From Lachnospiraceae bacterium (GTDB taxonomy: Bacteria; Bacillota; Clostridia; Lachnospirales; Lachnospiraceae), in contig JAQXJP010000003.1 of assembly GCA_029008875.1 (NCBI GenBank), positions 6,710 through 70,709 on the forward strand: a stretch of 64,000 bases of DNA. Reading direction: 5' to 3'. The notes beneath the pieces were generated by a model. It worked only from the letters and a program-made list of their open reading frames with translations, did not search any database and had not been told where the DNA came from. How positions within the stretch are numbered: the first letter of the stretch is position 1; every line of letters starts with the position of its first letter. The translations under genes were made by a program, and so were the position numbers. Shown here piece after piece: positions 38,331 through 51,151 of this stretch.

Positions 38331-39026
38331 ATGAAAAGAGGAAAGAAGTATCAAGACGCTGTTAAGGCATTTGACAAGACCGCTCAGTACGATGTGGCAG
38401 AGGCTATCGAGCTTGTTAAGAAGAATGCGACAGCAAAATTTGATGAGACAATCGAGCTTCATATCAGAACCGGTTGTGATGGACGTCATGCAGAGCAGCA
38501 GATCCGTGGCGCAGTTGTATTGCCGCACGGAACTGGTAAGACAGTTAGAGTATTGGTTTTCGCAAAGGGCGCGAAGTTGGATGAGGCACAGGCAGCAGGC
38601 GCTGACTATGTTGGCGGCGAGGAGTTGATCCCGAAGATTCAGAACGAGGGATGGTTGGACTTCGATGTTGTTGTAGCTACACCTGACATGATGGGCGTTG
38701 TTGGTCGCTTGGGACGTGTACTCGGACCTAAGGGCTTAATGCCGAACCCGAAAGCAGGAACTGTTACTATGGACGTTGCAAAGGCAGTTGCAGACATCAA
38801 AGCTGGTAAGATTGAGTACAGATTGGACAAAACAAATATTATCCATGTGCCAGTTGGAAAAGCATCCTTTACTGTTGAGCAGTTAACAGACAACTTCCAG
38901 TCTCTTATGGGTGCAATTAATAAAGCAAAACCTGCTAGCTTGAAGGGTCAGTACATTAAGAGTGCTACATTAACCTCTACAATGGGACCTGGCGTGAAGT
39001 TGAACGTCATCAAGATTACTCAGTAA
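38331..39026 (+). CDS. rplA: 50S ribosomal protein L1
   Basis: [37 protein letters not shown]; ATG 38331 follows AGGAGG. Confidence 0.99.
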   Translation: MKRGKKYQDAVKAFDKTAQYDVAEAIELVKKNATAKFDETIELHIRTGCDGRHAEQQIRGAVVLPHGTGKTVRVLVFAKGAKLDEAQAAGADYVGGEELIPKIQNEGWLDFDVVVATPDMMGVVGRLGRVLGPKGLMPNPKAGTVTMDVAKAVADIKAGKIEYRLDKTNIIHVPVGKASFTVEQLTDNFQSLMGAINKAKPASLKGQYIKSATLTSTMGPGVKLNVIKITQ

Positions 39027-39041
39027 TCGGATAGCAGATTG

Positions 39042-39075
39042 GCAGTATCGTCTCAATTACTTGAGACGGTGCTGT
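39042..39075 (+). terminator. Terminator after rplA
   Basis: GCAGTATCGTCTCAA / TTGAGACGGTGCTGT hairpin. Confidence 0.65.
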
Positions 39076-39141
39076 TTACCAAATAAAGAGAATTATTTAC
39101 CTAGACCTATCAAACGCCAAGCAAGTTTTGCGGAAAAGTAA

Positions 39142-39170
39142 TTGACATCCGTAATTCAGTTTGATATAAT
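39142..39170 (+). promoter_or_regulatory. SigA promoter of rplJL
   Basis: TTGACA, N17, TGaTATAAT. Confidence 0.85.
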
Positions 39171-39183
39171 TGCAAAGCATATT

Positions 39184-39304
39184 GCCGAAGACAGTAGGTG
39201 CCGCAAGGCGTAACTATGATACCTACCGAGGGATTTTTTATAGGTGGACAATCACCTTGAGAATGACTAATACCCCTCTGTCGTTTGGCAGAGGGGTTTC
39301 TTTG
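39184..39304 (+). ncRNA. L10 leader (ribosomal protein attenuator)
   Basis: GAAGAC..GTAGG...CCTACCGAGG core followed by the ACCCCTCTG / CAGAGGGGT + T-run terminator upstream of rplJ. Confidence 0.82.
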
Positions 39305-39362
39305 ATCATACAGATCAGACCTCATGTCTTTTATGCGAAAATAAAATAAGGAGGTACGAATC

Positions 39363-39992
39363 GTGGCAAAAATCGAATTAAAACAGCCAATCATCCAGGA
39401 AATCTCTGATACTATCAAAGATGCCCAGTCAGTAGTAGTTGTTGACTACCGTGGACTTACCGTTGCTGAAGATACTCAGTTGCGTAAGCAGTTAAGAGAA
39501 GCTGGTGTTTCTTACAAGGTATACAAGAATACTTATGTAAGCCGCGCAGTGGAAGGAACTGACTTTGAGAGTTTGAGAGAAGTTCTTGAAGGACCGAGCG
39601 CTTTTGCTGTTTCTGCTGAGGATGCTACCGCACCGGCTCGTGTTCTTTCCGAGTTTGCGAAGAAAGCACCGAAGTTAGAGATTAAGGCAGGCGTTGTGGA
39701 AGGAACATTCTACGATGCAGAAGGAATGAAGGCAATCGCTGAAATCCCGAGCAGAGATGTTCTTGTATCCAGATTGCTTGGAAGCTTGCAGAGTCCTATC
39801 ACAAATCTTGCTCGCGTTCTCAATCAGATCGCAGAGAATGGCGGCGCAGCCGATACAGCAGTAGAGGCAGCTCCGGCAGAAGAGGCTCCGGCTGAAGCCG
39901 CAGCTGAAGAGGCACCGGCAGCAGAAGCTCCTGCAGAGGAAGCAGCAGAAGAAGCTCCGGCAGCTGAGGAAGCTCCTGCAACTGAGGAGTAA
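39363..39992 (+). CDS. rplJ: 50S ribosomal protein L10 with a long Ala/Glu/Pro C-terminal tail
   Basis: [37 protein letters not shown]. Confidence 0.98.
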   Translation: MAKIELKQPIIQEISDTIKDAQSVVVVDYRGLTVAEDTQLRKQLREAGVSYKVYKNTYVSRAVEGTDFESLREVLEGPSAFAVSAEDATAPARVLSEFAKKAPKLEIKAGVVEGTFYDAEGMKAIAEIPSRDVLVSRLLGSLQSPITNLARVLNQIAENGGAADTAVEAAPAEEAPAEAAAEEAPAAEAPAEEAAEEAPAAEEAPATEE

Positions 39993-40060
39993 TCCGCAGT
40001 TTTTATGAAATCGGGCATAGCCCATCATCAAACAAATCTATTAAATGGAGGAAAATAATA

Positions 40061-40432
40061 ATGGCAAAGTTAACAACAGCTGAGTTTATCGAAGCTATCA
40101 AAGAGTTAAGCGTTTTAGAGTTGAATGACCTTGTAAAGGCATGTGAAGAAGAGTTTGGCGTTTCTGCAGCAGCAGGTGTTGTAGTTGCAGCAGCAGGTCC
40201 TGCAGCTGGAGCAGCAGCAGAAGAGAAGACTGAGTTCGACGTTGAGTTGACAGCTGGTGCTGGTGTACCGGTTATCAAGGCTGTTCGTGAGATCACCGGT
40301 CTTGGACTTAAGGAAGCTAAGGATCTTGTTACCGCAGCTCCTAAGGTTGTTAAGGAAGGCGTTTCCAAGGAAGAAGCTGAGTCTATCAAGAAGCAGCTTG
40401 AGGAAGCAGGCGCAACTGTTACTATTAAGTAA
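40061..40432 (+). CDS. rplL: 50S ribosomal protein L7/L12
   Basis: [30 protein letters not shown]. Confidence 0.99.
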   Translation: MAKLTTAEFIEAIKELSVLELNDLVKACEEEFGVSAAAGVVVAAAGPAAGAAAEEKTEFDVELTAGAGVPVIKAVREITGLGLKEAKDLVTAAPKVVKEGVSKEEAESIKKQLEEAGATVTIK

Positions 40433-40469
40433 TCTGTGCGTAAGCAACGAGAAGCATAATGAAAGTAAG

Positions 40470-40511
40470 AAGAACCCGTGGCCGAATTTATTCGAGCTGC
40501 GGGTTCTTTTT
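40470..40511 (+). terminator. Terminator after rplL
   Basis: AAGAACCCGTGGC / GCTGCGGGTTCTT plus T run. Confidence 0.7.
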
Positions 40512-40608
40512 GCTTTCATGGATGCGGCGACTGCCGCATCAGCCCGCAAGATATTGCGGGCCTGCTTCGAGAATGTGTCGCAAAAAGTTTAAACACGTTA
40601 AAAAGTAC

Positions 40609-40637
40609 TTGCATTCTCGACCGGCTTGTTGTATAGT
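40609..40637 (+). promoter_or_regulatory. SigA promoter of rpoBC
   Basis: TTGCAT, N17, TATAGT. Confidence 0.6.
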
Positions 40638-40820
40638 ATAGGTTGCATTATTGTGGTGCAATAGGCCATACCACGCTCTTTTTTAGGTCAAAAGCCTTGA
40701 AATAAGCGGATTTAGGCATGGTCGTGCATGACGAGAAAGCATGGTTGAGAGAATCCACAAGATGTAGATTTTGTGATAATTTTTTCAACATTATCTAGAA
40801 AAACGAGAGGTGAAACGTCG

Positions 40821-43800
40821 ATGGAGAAAAACAGAATACGTCCAGTCAAGGCTGGAAAAGGCATGCGTATGAGTTATTCGAGACAAAAAGAGGTTTTGGA
40901 AATGCCAAACCTGATCGAGGTTCAGAAGGATTCCTATAGGTGGTTTCTGGAAGAAGGCTTGAAGGAAGCATTTGCAGATATCTCTCCGATCGCTGATTAC
41001 AGTGGTCATTTGAGCTTGGAATTTGTTGATTTTACATTGTGCGAAGACGATGTAAAATACACAATTCCGGAGTGCAAAGAGCGCGATGCAACATATGCAG
41101 CTCCTTTGAAGGTCAAGGTTAGACTTCACAACAAAGAGACAGATGAGATCAACGAGCATGAGATTTTCATGGGTGATCTTCCTCTGATGACAGAGACCGG
41201 TACATTCGTAATTAACGGTGCGGAGCGAGTAATCGTTAGCCAGTTAGTTCGTTCTCCGGGCATCTATTATGGCATTGCTCACGATAAGGTTGGTAAGACC
41301 CTGTATTCTTGTACCGTAATTCCGAACCGTGGTGCATGGTTAGAGTATGAGACAGATTCCAACGATGTTTTCAGCGTTCGAGTAGATAGAACACGTAAGG
41401 TGCCGATTACGGTATTGTTACGTGCGCTTGGTGTGGGAACAAACCAGGAGATTTTGGATATGTTCGGTGAGGAACCGAAGATTCTCGCATCTTTTGCAAA
41501 GGACCCGGCAATTACAGAGAAGGAGCCTCAGGGAAGCTTTGAGGCAGGTCTTCTTGAGTTATACAAGAAAATCCGTCCGGGCGAGCCGCTTTCTGTTGAG
41601 AGTGCGGAGAGCCTTATCACAGCAATGTTTTTCGACCCGAGAAGATACGATTTGGCGAAGGTTGGACGTTATAAGTTCAACAAGAAGCTGGCGCTCAAAA
41701 ATCGTATCAACGGACATGTTCTCGCAGAGGATGTGGTTGACCCTACAACGGGTGAGGTGATTGCAGAGAAGGGAACAACTGTTTCCAGAGATCTGGCAGA
41801 GACCATTCAGAATGCTGCCGTTCCTGCAGTTTGGATTCAGACAGAGACACGCAACGTGAAGGTTCTTTCTTCCATGATGGTAGACATCAAGACCTGGATT
41901 CCGGAGATTGAGGATCCGCGTGAGTTGGGCGTTACAGAGCTTGTTTATTATCCGGTTCTCGCTCAGATTATGGAAGAGTACGATTCTCTGGAGGATCGCA
42001 AGGAGGCAATCAAGCACGAGATCGCTGATTTGATTCCGAAACACATTACAAAAGAGGATATCTTCGCATCCATCAACTATAATATGCACCTTGAGTGGGG
42101 TATCGGACATGATGACGATATCGACCACTTGGGCAACAGACGTATTCGTGCGGTCGGTGAGTTGTTACAGAACCAGTACCGTATTGGACTTTCCCGTCTT
42201 GAGAGAGTTGTTCGCGAGAGAATGACCACTCAGGATCTGGAGGGAATTTCACCTCAGAGCTTAATAAATATCAAACCTGTAACTGCAGCGGTTAAGGAGT
42301 TCTTCGGATCTTCCCAGCTGTCACAGTTCATGGATCAGAACAACCCACTTGGTGAGTTGACTCATAAGAGACGTTTATCAGCACTTGGTCCCGGCGGTCT
42401 TTCCAGAGATCGTGCAGGATTCGAGGTTCGAGATGTACATTATAGCCACTATGGACGTATGTGCCCGATTGAGACCCCGGAAGGTCCTAACATCGGTTTG
42501 ATCAACTCCCTTGCATGCTACGCAAGAATCAATGAGTACGGATTCGTTGAGGCTCCGTACCGCAAGATTGACCACAGCGATCCAAAGAATCCGGTGGTTA
42601 CCGACGAAGTTGTGTACATGACCGCCGATGAAGAGGATAATTACCATGTAGCACAGGCGAATGAGAAACTGGATGCCGAGGGACACTTTGTCCGTACTTC
42701 CGTATCCGGTCGTTACCGTGAGGAGACCCAGGAGTACGACAGAACTGCATTCGATTACATGGATGTATCTCCGAAGATGGTGTTCTCAGTGGCTACCGCA
42801 TTGATTCCATTCCTGCAGAACGACGATGCGAACCGTGCCCTCATGGGATCCAACATGCAGCGTCAGGCAGTTCCGCTTCTTACAACCGAGGCTCCTGTTG
42901 TGGGAACCGGTATGGAGACAAAGGCAGCGGTCGACTCCGGTGTATGTGTGGTGGCAAAGGCAGCAGGTACCGTGTTGAGTTCTGAATCAAACCGTATCGT
43001 CATCAAGGAAGAGGACGGAACAAAGCGCGAGTATATTTTGACAAAATTTGCACGTTCCAACCAGTCCAACTGCTACAATCAGAGACCGATTGTGTTCAAA
43101 GGACAGAAGGTTGAGGCTGGCGAGGTTATCGCAGATGGTCCTTCCACCTCACAGGGAGAATTGGCTCTTGGTAAGAACCCGTTGATTGGTTTCATGACCT
43201 GGGAAGGCTACAACTACGAGGACGCAGTTCTTCTTAGCGAGAGATTGGTGGAGTATGATGTATACACCTCCATCCATATCGAGGAGTACGAGGTAGAGTC
43301 CCGGGATACCAAGCTTGGACCGGAGGAGATTACCCGCGATGTTCCGGGCGTCGGCGATGATGCACTGAAGGATCTGGACGAGAGAGGTATCATCCGTGTC
43401 GGAGCGGAGGTTCGCGCCGGAGATATTTTGGTTGGTAAGGTTACTCCGAAGGGCGAGACAGAGCTCACCGCAGAAGAGAGATTGCTCCGCGCAATTTTCG
43501 GTGAAAAAGCGAGAGAAGTGCGTGATACTTCCCTTAAGGTGCCTCATGGAGCATACGGTATCGTTGTGGATGCCAAGGTATTCACACGCGAGAACGGAGA
43601 TGAGTTGAACCCCGGTGTCAATCAGGCTGTTCGCATCTACATCGCACAGAAGAGAAAGATCTCTGTGGGTGATAAGATGGCTGGTCGTCACGGTAACAAG
43701 GGTGTCGTTTCCCGCGTGCTTCCGGTGGAGGATATGCCATTCCTTCCAAACGGTCGCCCGCTGGACATCGTTTTGAATCCGTTGGGTGTGCCTTCCCGTA

Positions 43801-44741
43801 TGAATATCGGTCAGGTTTTGGAAATTCACTTGAGTCTTGCTGCAAAGGCTCTTGGATTCAATATCGAGACTCCGGTATTTGACGGCGCAAAGGAAATTGA
43901 TATCCAGGATACCCTGGAACTTGCAAACGATTATGTAAATATGCCGTTTGATGCAGAAGAAGCAGCAGATGGAGAAGAGAATTTCTACGATAAGTACAAG
44001 GACACTCTGAATGCGGATGTGATGAGCTATCTGTCAGAGAATAGAGAGCACAGAGCATTGTGGAAGGGAGTTCCCCTTTCCCGCGATGGTAAAGTTCAGT
44101 TGCGTGACGGTAGAACCGGTGAGTATTTTGACGGACGCGTTACCATTGGACACATGCATTACCTGAAACTGCATCACTTGGTTGACGATAAGATTCACGC
44201 TCGTTCAACCGGTCCTTACTCATTAGTAACGCAGCAGCCACTTGGTGGTAAAGCACAGTTCGGTGGTCAGCGTTTCGGTGAGATGGAAGTTTGGGCGCTG
44301 GAAGCATACGGCGCAGCATACACCTTGCAGGAGATCTTGACTGTGAAGTCCGACGATGTGGTTGGGCGTGTTAAGACCTACGAGGCAATCATTAAGGGCG
44401 ATAACATTCCTGAACCGGGTATTCCGGAGTCATTCAAGGTACTCTTGAAGGAGCTTCAGTCACTTGGTTTGGATGTGAAGGTTCTTGATGAGGACCGCAA
44501 CGAGGTCGAACTTATCGAGACGAGCGAATATGGTAATACCGATCTCAATGCGATTCTTGGCAATGACAAGAACTTTGCATTTGAGGACAGTGAGTCATTT
44601 GAGCAGCACGGCTTTACCAGACAGGAGTTTGACGAAGAGAGCGAAGAACTCGTGGACAGTGAAGTAGAGACTGACGAGGACGATGATTTTTACGATGACG
44701 CGGAGGCGTTTGACGAGGATGATTCGTTCGATGAAGAATAA
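40821..44741 (+). CDS. rpoB: RNA polymerase beta subunit
   Basis: [34 protein letters not shown]; ATG 40821 follows GAGGTG. Confidence 0.99.
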   Translation: MEKNRIRPVKAGKGMRMSYSRQKEVLEMPNLIEVQKDSYRWFLEEGLKEAFADISPIADYSGHLSLEFVDFTLCEDDVKYTIPECKERDATYAAPLKVKVRLHNKETDEINEHEIFMGDLPLMTETGTFVINGAERVIVSQLVRSPGIYYGIAHDKVGKTLYSCTVIPNRGAWLEYETDSNDVFSVRVDRTRKVPITVLLRALGVGTNQEILDMFGEEPKILASFAKDPAITEKEPQGSFEAGLLELYKKIRPGEPLSVESAESLITAMFFDPRRYDLAKVGRYKFNKKLALKNRINGHVLAEDVVDPTTGEVIAEKGTTVSRDLAETIQNAAVPAVWIQTETRNVKVLSSMMVDIKTWIPEIEDPRELGVTELVYYPVLAQIMEEYDSLEDRKEAIKHEIADLIPKHITKEDIFASINYNMHLEWGIGHDDDIDHLGNRRIRAVGELLQNQYRIGLSRLERVVRERMTTQDLEGISPQSLINIKPVTAAVKEFFGSSQLSQFMDQNNPLGELTHKRRLSALGPGGLSRDRAGFEVRDVHYSHYGRMCPIETPEGPNIGLINSLACYARINEYGFVEAPYRKIDHSDPKNPVVTDEVVYMTADEEDNYHVAQANEKLDAEGHFVRTSVSGRYREETQEYDRTAFDYMDVSPKMVFSVATALIPFLQNDDANRALMGSNMQRQAVPLLTTEAPVVGTGMETKAAVDSGVCVVAKAAGTVLSSESNRIVIKEEDGTKREYILTKFARSNQSNCYNQRPIVFKGQKVEAGEVIADGPSTSQGELALGKNPLIGFMTWEGYNYEDAVLLSERLVEYDVYTSIHIEEYEVESRDTKLGPEEITRDVPGVGDDALKDLDERGIIRVGAEVRAGDILVGKVTPKGETELTAEERLLRAIFGEKAREVRDTSLKVPHGAYGIVVDAKVFTRENGDELNPGVNQAVRIYIAQKRKISVGDKMAGRHGNKGVVSRVLPVEDMPFLPNGRPLDIVLNPLGVPSRMNIGQVLEIHLSLAAKALGFNIETPVFDGAKEIDIQDTLELANDYVNMPFDAEEAADGEENFYDKYKDTLNADVMSYLSENREHRALWKGVPLSRDGKVQLRDGRTGEYFDGRVTIGHMHYLKLHHLVDDKIHARSTGPYSLVTQQPLGGKAQFGGQRFGEMEVWALEAYGAAYTLQEILTVKSDDVVGRVKTYEAIIKGDNIPEPGIPESFKVLLKELQSLGLDVKVLDEDRNEVELIETSEYGNTDLNAILGNDKNFAFEDSESFEQHGFTRQEFDEESEELVDSEVETDEDDDFYDDAEAFDEDDSFDEE

Positions 44742-44761
44742 TTAGAAAGGGAGTGCCATAA

Positions 44762-47700
44762 ATGCCAGAAAATAATAATGTTGAGACAAACCAGGCAATG
44801 CAGTTTGATGCAATCCAAATTGGACTTGCATCACCTGAGAAGATCCGCGAGTGGTCTCACGGCGAGGTAAAAAAGCCGGAGACAATCAACTACAGAACTT
44901 TGAAGCCTGAAAAGGATGGTCTGTTCTGTGAGAAGATTTTCGGACCTACCAAGGACTGGGAATGTCATTGTGGTAAATACAAGAAAATCCGCTATAAGGG
45001 CGTTGTCTGCGATCGCTGTGGAGTTGAGATCACAAAGTCAAGCGTTCGTAGAGAGCGTATGGGACACATCGAGCTGGCAGCTCCTGTTTCTCATATTTGG
45101 TATTTCAAGGGTATCCCGTCACGTATGGGACTTCTCCTTGACTTATCTCCCCGCGTACTTGAGAGAGTGCTTTACTTTGCAGCATATATCGTATTGGACG
45201 CAGGGGATACTTCGCTTGGTTACAAGCAGGTTCTCTCTGAGAATGAGTATCAGGATGCAAGAGAGCAGTATGGTAATGCATTCCGCGTAGGAATGGGTGC
45301 GGAAGCTATCCGCGAGCTGCTCCAGGCAATCGATCTCGAGAAGGATTCGGAAGATCTCAAGGCGGAACTTGAGACTGCAACCGGCCAGAAGAGAGCTCGT
45401 ATTATCAAGAGACTTGAGGTGGTGGAAGCATTCCGCGAGTCAGGAAACAAGCCGGAGTGGATGGTAATGACCGTTATCCCGGTTATTCCGCCGGATCTTC
45501 GCCCTATGGTTCAGTTGGATGGTGGACGTTTTGCTACCTCCGATTTGAACGATCTGTACAGAAGAATTATCAACCGTAACAACCGTTTGAGAAAACTCCT
45601 TGACCTGGGAGCGCCGGACATCATTGTTCGCAATGAAAAGCGTATGCTTCAGGAAGCGGTTGACGCATTGATCGATAACGGTCGTCGTGGCCGTCCGGTT
45701 ACCGGACCCGGAAACAGAGCGCTGAAATCTCTGTCCGATATGCTGAAAGGTAAGGGGGGACGTTTCCGTCAGAACTTGCTTGGTAAGCGTGTTGACTACT
45801 CCGGACGTTCCGTTATCTGTGTAGAGCCAAAGCTGAAAATTTATCAGTGCGGTCTGCCGAAGGAGATGGCAATCGAATTGTTCAAGCCTTTCGTTATGAA
45901 GGAGCTTGCCGCTAACGGAACCGCACACAATATTAAGAGTGCCAAGAAGATGGTTGAGAGACTTCAGCCGGAGGTATGGGACGTTCTTGAGGACGTCATC
46001 AAAGAGCATCCGGTTATGTTGAACCGTGCTCCAACACTTCACCGTTTGGGAATCCAGGCATTCGAGCCAATCCTTGTAGAAGGAAAGGCAATCAAGCTTC
46101 ATCCGTTGGTATGTACGGCATTCAACGCCGACTTCGACGGAGACCAGATGGCAGTACATCTTCCGCTGTCTGTGGAAGCTCAGGCAGAGTGCCGCTTCAT
46201 GCTGCTGTCACCGAACAACCTGCTGAAGCCCTCCGATGGAGGTCTTGTGGCTGTTCCTTCACAGGATATGATTCTGGGTGTTTACTATCTGACCATGAGA
46301 AAACTGGCGGATTACCAGAATGATCCGAAGATGGTGGCAAAGGCATCTTCCGACACTGTTTACAACGATGTGGAAGAGCTCAAGAAGCTGACCACTCCGG
46401 ACGCAAAAACCGGAAAAGCGAAGGTTGGAATGTATGATCTGATCTGGTTTGAGGATGTGGACGACAATAACCGCCGCATTCTCTGCAAGCCGATGGATTT
46501 GTTCGGATATCGTTTCGGCAGTGAGAATCTTGCTCTTCTCGCATACGAGAATAAAGAGATCACATTGCATCAGACAATCTATGTACACCGCACGGTTACC
46601 CTTGAGGATGGTACCGAGGTTTCCGGATTTGTTCCGACTACCGTGGGCTTGATTATCTTCAATGAGAACATTCCGCAGGATTTGGGATTTGTAGATCGCT
46701 CCACTCCGGAAAACGCATTGAGATATGAAGTGGACTTCCATGTGGGCAAGAAGCAGATTAAGCAGATCCTTGAAAAAGTAATCAATACACACGGAGCAAC
46801 AAGAACCGCTGAAGTGTTGGATAACGTCAAGGCCATGGGCTACAAGTATTCTACCCAGGCGGCTATGACCGTATCAATCTCCGATATGACCGTGCCGCCC
46901 CAGAAACCTCAGATGATCGAGGATGCACAGAATACGGTTGACCGTATTACCAAGCAGTATAAGCGTGGTTTGATCACAGATGAAGAGCGCTATAAGGAGG
47001 TTGTAGAGACCTGGAAGGAGACGGACGATGAGCTGACACATGCGCTTCTCTCCGGACTTGACAAGTACAACAACATCTTTATGATGGCTGATTCCGGAGC
47101 CCGTGGTTCCGATAAGCAGATTAAGCAGCTTGCAGGTATGCGTGGTTTGATGGCTGATACAACCGGTAGAACCATCGAGTTGCCGATTAAGTCAAACTTC
47201 CGTGAAGGTCTTGATGTATTGGAGTACTTCATGTCCGCACACGGTGCTCGTAAGGGACTTTCCGATACGGCACTCCGTACGGCTGACTCCGGATATTTGA
47301 CCAGACGTCTGGTTGACGTATCACAGCATATTATCGTTCGTGAGTCCGATTGCTGTGCGGGAACAAGCCGTGAGATTCCGGGAATGGTAGTTAAGGCATT
47401 CATGGAGGGTCGCGAGGAGATCGAGAGCCTTCAGGAGAGAATCACCGGACGTTTCTCATGTGAGACCATTTGCGACAAGGATGGCAACGTCATTGTCAAG
47501 GCAAATCATATGATTACACCGAAGCGTGCAGCCAACATTGTGAACAAGGGCGTGGATAAGGATGGAAATCCGATTCAGTCTGTCAAGATTCGTACCGTAT
47601 TGACCTGCCGCTCTCACATGGGCGTATGTGCAAAGTGTTACGGTGCAAACATGGCTACCGGCCAGGCAGTTCAGGTTGGTGAAGCGGTAGGTATCATCGC

Positions 47701-48592
47701 AGCACAGTCCATCGGTGAGCCTGGTACACAGCTTACCATGAGAACCTTCCATACCGGTGGTGTTGCCGGTAACGATATCACACAGGGTCTTCCCCGTGTC
47801 GAGGAAATTTTCGAGGCGCGTAAGCCGAAGGGACTTGCAATTATCACCGAGTTCGGTGGCGTTGCGACCATCAAGGATACCAAGAAAAAGCGTGAGATTG
47901 TTGTCACCAACAACGAGACAGGCGAGAGCAAGGCGTACCTGATTCCTTACGGATCCAGAATCAAGGTGATGGACGGTGCGGTGCTTGAGGCCGGTGACGA
48001 GCTGACCGAAGGTTCTGTAAACCCGCATGATATCCTCAAGATTAAGGGCGTTCGTGCCGTTCAGGATTACATGCTCCGCGAAGTGCAGCGTGTATACCGT
48101 CTGCAGGGTGTAGAAATCAATGATAAGCATATCGAAGTTATCGTTCGTCAGTGTCTCCAGAAGATTCGTGTCGAGGAGAACGGAGATTCCGGACTTCTTC
48201 CGGGAAGCATGGTCGATGCGCTTGACTTTATGGAATTGAATGAGCAGTTAGAGGCAGAGGGCAAGGAACTTGCAGTGGGAACCCAGGTTCTCTTGGGTAT
48301 CACAAAGGCATCACTTGCCACCAACTCCTTCCTTTCAGCTGCATCCTTCCAGGAGACCACCAAGGTTCTTACCGAGGCGGCTATCAAGGGCAAGGTTGAC
48401 CCGCTCATCGGTATGAAGGAAAACGTAATTATCGGTAAGTTGATTCCTGCCGGAACCGGTATGAAGAGATACCGTGATATCAAGCTTGACAGCGACGTGA
48501 ATGCAGAAGATGAGATTTCATTCGATGATTTCGATGACTTCGCAGAAACCGACCTAGTAGATGTTGTGGAGGAAGGCTCCGACGAGGAGTGA
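44762..48592 (+). CDS. rpoC: RNA polymerase beta' subunit
   Basis: [20 protein letters not shown], Zn-finger CHCGK. Confidence 0.99.
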   Translation: MPENNNVETNQAMQFDAIQIGLASPEKIREWSHGEVKKPETINYRTLKPEKDGLFCEKIFGPTKDWECHCGKYKKIRYKGVVCDRCGVEITKSSVRRERMGHIELAAPVSHIWYFKGIPSRMGLLLDLSPRVLERVLYFAAYIVLDAGDTSLGYKQVLSENEYQDAREQYGNAFRVGMGAEAIRELLQAIDLEKDSEDLKAELETATGQKRARIIKRLEVVEAFRESGNKPEWMVMTVIPVIPPDLRPMVQLDGGRFATSDLNDLYRRIINRNNRLRKLLDLGAPDIIVRNEKRMLQEAVDALIDNGRRGRPVTGPGNRALKSLSDMLKGKGGRFRQNLLGKRVDYSGRSVICVEPKLKIYQCGLPKEMAIELFKPFVMKELAANGTAHNIKSAKKMVERLQPEVWDVLEDVIKEHPVMLNRAPTLHRLGIQAFEPILVEGKAIKLHPLVCTAFNADFDGDQMAVHLPLSVEAQAECRFMLLSPNNLLKPSDGGLVAVPSQDMILGVYYLTMRKLADYQNDPKMVAKASSDTVYNDVEELKKLTTPDAKTGKAKVGMYDLIWFEDVDDNNRRILCKPMDLFGYRFGSENLALLAYENKEITLHQTIYVHRTVTLEDGTEVSGFVPTTVGLIIFNENIPQDLGFVDRSTPENALRYEVDFHVGKKQIKQILEKVINTHGATRTAEVLDNVKAMGYKYSTQAAMTVSISDMTVPPQKPQMIEDAQNTVDRITKQYKRGLITDEERYKEVVETWKETDDELTHALLSGLDKYNNIFMMADSGARGSDKQIKQLAGMRGLMADTTGRTIELPIKSNFREGLDVLEYFMSAHGARKGLSDTALRTADSGYLTRRLVDVSQHIIVRESDCCAGTSREIPGMVVKAFMEGREEIESLQERITGRFSCETICDKDGNVIVKANHMITPKRAANIVNKGVDKDGNPIQSVKIRTVLTCRSHMGVCAKCYGANMATGQAVQVGEAVGIIAAQSIGEPGTQLTMRTFHTGGVAGNDITQGLPRVEEIFEARKPKGLAIITEFGGVATIKDTKKKREIVVTNNETGESKAYLIPYGSRIKVMDGAVLEAGDELTEGSVNPHDILKIKGVRAVQDYMLREVQRVYRLQGVEINDKHIEVIVRQCLQKIRVEENGDSGLLPGSMVDALDFMELNEQLEAEGKELAVGTQVLLGITKASLATNSFLSAASFQETTKVLTEAAIKGKVDPLIGMKENVIIGKLIPAGTGMKRYRDIKLDSDVNAEDEISFDDFDDFAETDLVDVVEEGSDEE

Positions 48593-48634
48593 TTTTCGAG
48601 AGAGCAGGGATGCTCTTAACGAATAGTAGTAAAC

Positions 48635-48674
48635 AAAAAGAGAAACCATGGATGCACTGTGGTTTCTCTTTTTT
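48635..48674 (+). terminator. Terminator after rpoC
   Basis: AAAAAGAGAAACCA / TGGTTTCTCTTTTT. Confidence 0.75.
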
Positions 48675-48697
48675 ACGATGTAGACTTGGAGAAAAAA

Positions 48698-49912
48698 ATG
48701 AAATTATTAGCAAAAAATACTTCGCGGCGCATTTTATTGGCTATGATTTTTATAGTAATGAATATTGTCGGTTGCGGTGCCGCCGAGGAGAAGAGCGTGT
48801 TTGGCGAAAGCACACAGGCACAGTCGGAAACATCGCAGGTGAAGGCTGCATCGGATGAGACAAAGGATGTGACGCCTCCGGTTCTCACTGGGGTGCAGGA
48901 CTACAATATTATACAGGGGGAGGAAATTGCATTCCTGGAGAATGTGTCTGCCACCGATGAGACAGACGGACAAGTGCAGGTGAGTATTGACCTTGGAGAA
49001 TATAACCCCGAATGTGCAGGAACGTACATTGTGACGTTTCGCGCAAAGGACGTGGCAGGAAATGAGACATCGGAGGACAGCCGGGTAGTGGTGGAGCCAA
49101 AGCTGATTGTAGTCAGTGCCGGAAAACAGATTCTCGGAACAGAAAGTTTTGAAATGTATGTGGGGGAGGCGTTTGATCCCATGGCAGGAATTGCACTTTC
49201 CGATGCTTTTTCAAGCGATGCTCAGGTGGAAGTGGACACTTCCAGGTTGGACACTTCGAAGGAGGGAGTGTATTCTGTGGTTTATCGCGCCGAAAATTTA
49301 CGCGGGCAAACGGTGCAGGTGAACCGACAGGTTGTGGTGAAGCATGTGCCGGTTATGTATACGCTGCAGGGCGGAACAGCCAGTTGGGATGTGGCCGGAA
49401 TTGAAGGACAACCATACCTGGTGTGTGTGAATCGTCTGATGAACACGGTCACTGTATATGGAAAGGATGAGAACGGAAATTACACGGTACCGGTAACGGC
49501 AATGGTATGCAGTGTGGGGCGCGAAGGAGAGGAGACTCCCACAGGTACCTATGTGACATCAAATCGTTACGACTGGAGATTGCTTGTGGACGGAACCTGG
49601 GGAAGATATGCCATCCGCGTACACGGAAGCATTTTGTTCCATTCGGTTCCATACTTTACACCGAATGCCGGAGATATTGAGTATGAGGAATTCAACAAGC
49701 TCGGCAGCCCGGCCAGTCTTGGGTGCATCCGCCTGCAGGACAAGGATATTTACTGGCTCTATGCCAATTGCCCCACAGGCTTTGTGACGGTTATCTATGA
49801 CGATGCAGCAATCGCAGGCCCCCTGGGTAAACCGACTGCTCCGATTATTGACGTGAGCAATGAAGAATTGCGCGGATGGGATCCCACGGACCCGGGAAGG
49901 CCCCAACAGTGA
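48698..49912 (+). CDS. L,D-transpeptidase lipoprotein with two Ig-like (DUF5011-type) domains
   Basis: Lipobox IVGC; PPVLTG...ATDETDG...DVAGN Ig repeats; YkuD motif FHS...SLGCIRL. Confidence 0.85.
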   Translation: MKLLAKNTSRRILLAMIFIVMNIVGCGAAEEKSVFGESTQAQSETSQVKAASDETKDVTPPVLTGVQDYNIIQGEEIAFLENVSATDETDGQVQVSIDLGEYNPECAGTYIVTFRAKDVAGNETSEDSRVVVEPKLIVVSAGKQILGTESFEMYVGEAFDPMAGIALSDAFSSDAQVEVDTSRLDTSKEGVYSVVYRAENLRGQTVQVNRQVVVKHVPVMYTLQGGTASWDVAGIEGQPYLVCVNRLMNTVTVYGKDENGNYTVPVTAMVCSVGREGEETPTGTYVTSNRYDWRLLVDGTWGRYAIRVHGSILFHSVPYFTPNAGDIEYEEFNKLGSPASLGCIRLQDKDIYWLYANCPTGFVTVIYDDAAIAGPLGKPTAPIIDVSNEELRGWDPTDPGRPQQ

Positions 49913-49953
49913 TTTTTTCAAGGATGCTTGTCCAAACACTTTAAAACAAATGC

Positions 49954-49982
49954 TTGACAAAAAGTCAGAAAATTTATATAAT
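49954..49982 (+). promoter_or_regulatory. SigA promoter of the str operon
   Basis: Consensus TTGACA, N17, TATAAT. Confidence 0.9.
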
Positions 49983-50034
49983 GCTTTAGCGTGCATTAAA
50001 GCGCGCAAAAATAAATCTACAGGAGGTGAAAATA

Positions 50035-50454
50035 ATGCCAACATTCAACCAGTTAGTAAGAAAGGGACGTCAGACTGCAGTTAAGAAGTCTACCGCACCA
50101 GCTCTTCAGAGAAGCTACAACTCTCTTCAGAAGAAGCCGATCAACGCATCTTCTCCACAGAAGCGTGGTGTTTGTACCGCTGTTAAGACAGCTACCCCTA
50201 AAAAGCCTAACTCAGCTCTTAGAAAGATCGCCAGAGTACGTCTTTCCAACGGAATCGAAGTAACATCTTACATTCCGGGAGAAGGTCACAACCTTCAGGA
50301 GCATAGCGTTGTTCTGATCCGTGGTGGCCGTGTAAAGGATTTACCAGGTACACGTTACCACATCATCCGTGGTACCTTGGATACCGCTGGTGTTGCTAAC
50401 AGAAAGCAGGCTCGTTCTAAGTACGGCGCTAAGAGACCTAAGGCTGCTAAATAA
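50035..50454 (+). CDS. rpsL: 30S ribosomal protein S12
   Basis: [29 protein letters not shown]. Confidence 0.99.
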   Translation: MPTFNQLVRKGRQTAVKKSTAPALQRSYNSLQKKPINASSPQKRGVCTAVKTATPKKPNSALRKIARVRLSNGIEVTSYIPGEGHNLQEHSVVLIRGGRVKDLPGTRYHIIRGTLDTAGVANRKQARSKYGAKRPKAAK

Positions 50455-50540
50455 TTTATTTAGCGAACAATAGTATCACAAACAGAGCTATTGTAGAGTG
50501 TTGGGATTATTTTTCAGATACACCAGCACGAACACATTAG

Positions 50541-51068
<528 letters not shown>

Positions 51069-51151
51069 TAAGAAAACATTTTGGCGAATGTGTTGCGCGT
51101 AAGCGTGCAATACTTGTGTATATGACCGAACAAATATAGGAGGAAAAAACC

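Noticed and set aside
42290-42400. Rifampicin-resistance region of rpoB (and K43/K88 region of rpsL)
   Set aside because: The key residues look wild-type; no resistance allele is supported.
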